Origin: Mobula hypostoma
Taxonomy: Eukaryota
NCBI RefSeq assembly: GCF_963921235.1
Contig: NC_086108.1
Coordinates: forward strand, 28,212,001-28,276,000
Direction: 5' to 3'
DNA: 64,000 nucleotides
The position numbers were made by a program, and so were the translations under genes. The notes under the pieces were generated by a model. The model did not search any database. It was given only the letters and a program-made list of their open reading frames with translations, and had not been told where the DNA came from. This document shows positions 63,160 through 64,000 of this stretch, in pieces. Position 1 is the stretch's first letter; every line of letters begins with the position of its first letter.

Positions 63160-63354
63160 GTTTGTAGGGTTGTTTATTGAACCTGGAGGTTAGGTCACAA
63201 ACATTTTGTCACCAGTTGCAACAACACTCAGTTGCGCATCGATGATGTCACCTTGACTGGTGACGAAACGTTTGCGACCTAACCTCCAGGCTCACCGAAC
63301 AACCCTACAAACAAGTAGCCAACCTGAGCTACCAATGTTCTCTTTCATTTTAAA
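63160..63354 (+). mobile_element. Second-family Penelope-derived fold-back insertion
   Basis: Inverted arms of about 55 bp (63158-63216 against 63256-63314); 11-bp TSD CATTCACTTTT at 63149-63159 and 63355-63365. Confidence 0.75.
63235..63276 (+). ncRNA. Hammerhead-like motif with mutated core (TCGATGA in place of CTGATGA)
   Basis: CGCA-TCGATGA-T-GTCACC(TTGACT)GGTGAC-GAAACGTT-TGCG; perfect 6-bp stem II; stem I CGCA/TGCG. Confidence 0.55.
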
Positions 63355-63785
63355 CATTCACTTTTACTCTCTCCATAGACCTGATGTTTTGTTTGTTTTT
63401 TGTTACCCAAAGTTATTGAAGCATAAATTGCATAAATGGAGATACAATGATAATCAATCATCACATTTTATGGCAGCGGAGACTCCGGGGCTAAATTGCC
63501 TTTCCTTTGTTGCTGATGTCATAATGAAATCGGTGAGTTTCAGTTGGAGGGGAAGGTACTGATTGAGCTCCTCACTGGTAGCCCATGTTGTGAATGCCTC
63601 GGTCTCAGTTTGCCCATTTCGGTAGGAAATGAGGCTACAGGGAATTACATAGAGCATGTGTGCTTAAAAAAGAACGAGACATGACAGGTAAAACTGACTT
63701 ATCCTAGGAGAATTTTTCCCATTTTTTTCTTTCTTTTGAAAGTATAGACTATTCTCCTCCTAAAACTGGCTAGTAGTATACCACC

Positions 63786-64000
63786 GGCTGGGAAGTGATG
63801 GTCCCAGTGGGGATAGATTGGGAAGTGATGGTCCCAGTAGGGAAAGGCTGGGAAGTGATGGTCCCAGTAGGAATAGGCTGGGAAGTGATGATCCCAGTGG
63901 GGAAAGGCTGGAATGTGATGATTTCAAAGGAGATAGGCTAGGAAGTGATGGTCCCAATTTATGGCAAGTGATGATCCCAACAAGGATAGGCTGGGAAGCG
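63786..64000. repeat. About 30-bp tandem repeat (GGCTGGGAAGTGATGGTCCCAGTGGGGATA-like), about 7 diverged copies, runs off the window
   Basis: Seen directly in sequence. Confidence 0.9.

Noticed and set aside
57768..64000. Final QSOX1 exon (SEDP.FPK.QWP motif)
   Set aside because: Not found by eye; presumably downstream of the window

Overview
Vertebrate genomic DNA, probably from a cartilaginous fish (batoid/ray). That assignment is inferred from the CR1, Rex1, Penelope and V-SINE repeat landscape and is not verified. The window lies inside one + strand gene, sulfhydryl oxidase QSOX1. Seven internal coding exons (3175-3265, 23425-23570, 37809-37940, 40253-40382, 47543-47665, 53938-54094, 57579-57767) have canonical AG/GT sites and splice into one open frame. 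They cover the second thioredoxin-fold domain, the helix-rich region and the Erv/ALR FAD domain with its CRECA motif; the 5' exons and the last exon lie outside the window. The introns are mostly transposon debris. The most notable items are: (1) Penelope-derived short insertions carrying minimal hammerhead-ribozyme motifs, several as fold-back palindromes with 11-15 bp TSDs; (2) a complete miniature LTR retrotransposon with only 183 bp of internal sequence and a Tf1/sushi-type self-priming signature; (3) a Tigger MITE that closely resembles mammalian MER2 as I recall it, a horizontal-transfer candidate; (4) an antisense processed SUGP1 retrocopy with polyA signal, frameshift and an L1-type TT|AAAAA TSD; (5) a 49 x 27 bp minisatellite with three binary variant sites; (6) a palindromic mariner MITE. 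I found no CRISPR array or operon-like system and no convincing novel protein-coding gene. Family names come from motif recognition without database searches, and most LINE/SINE boundaries are approximate.
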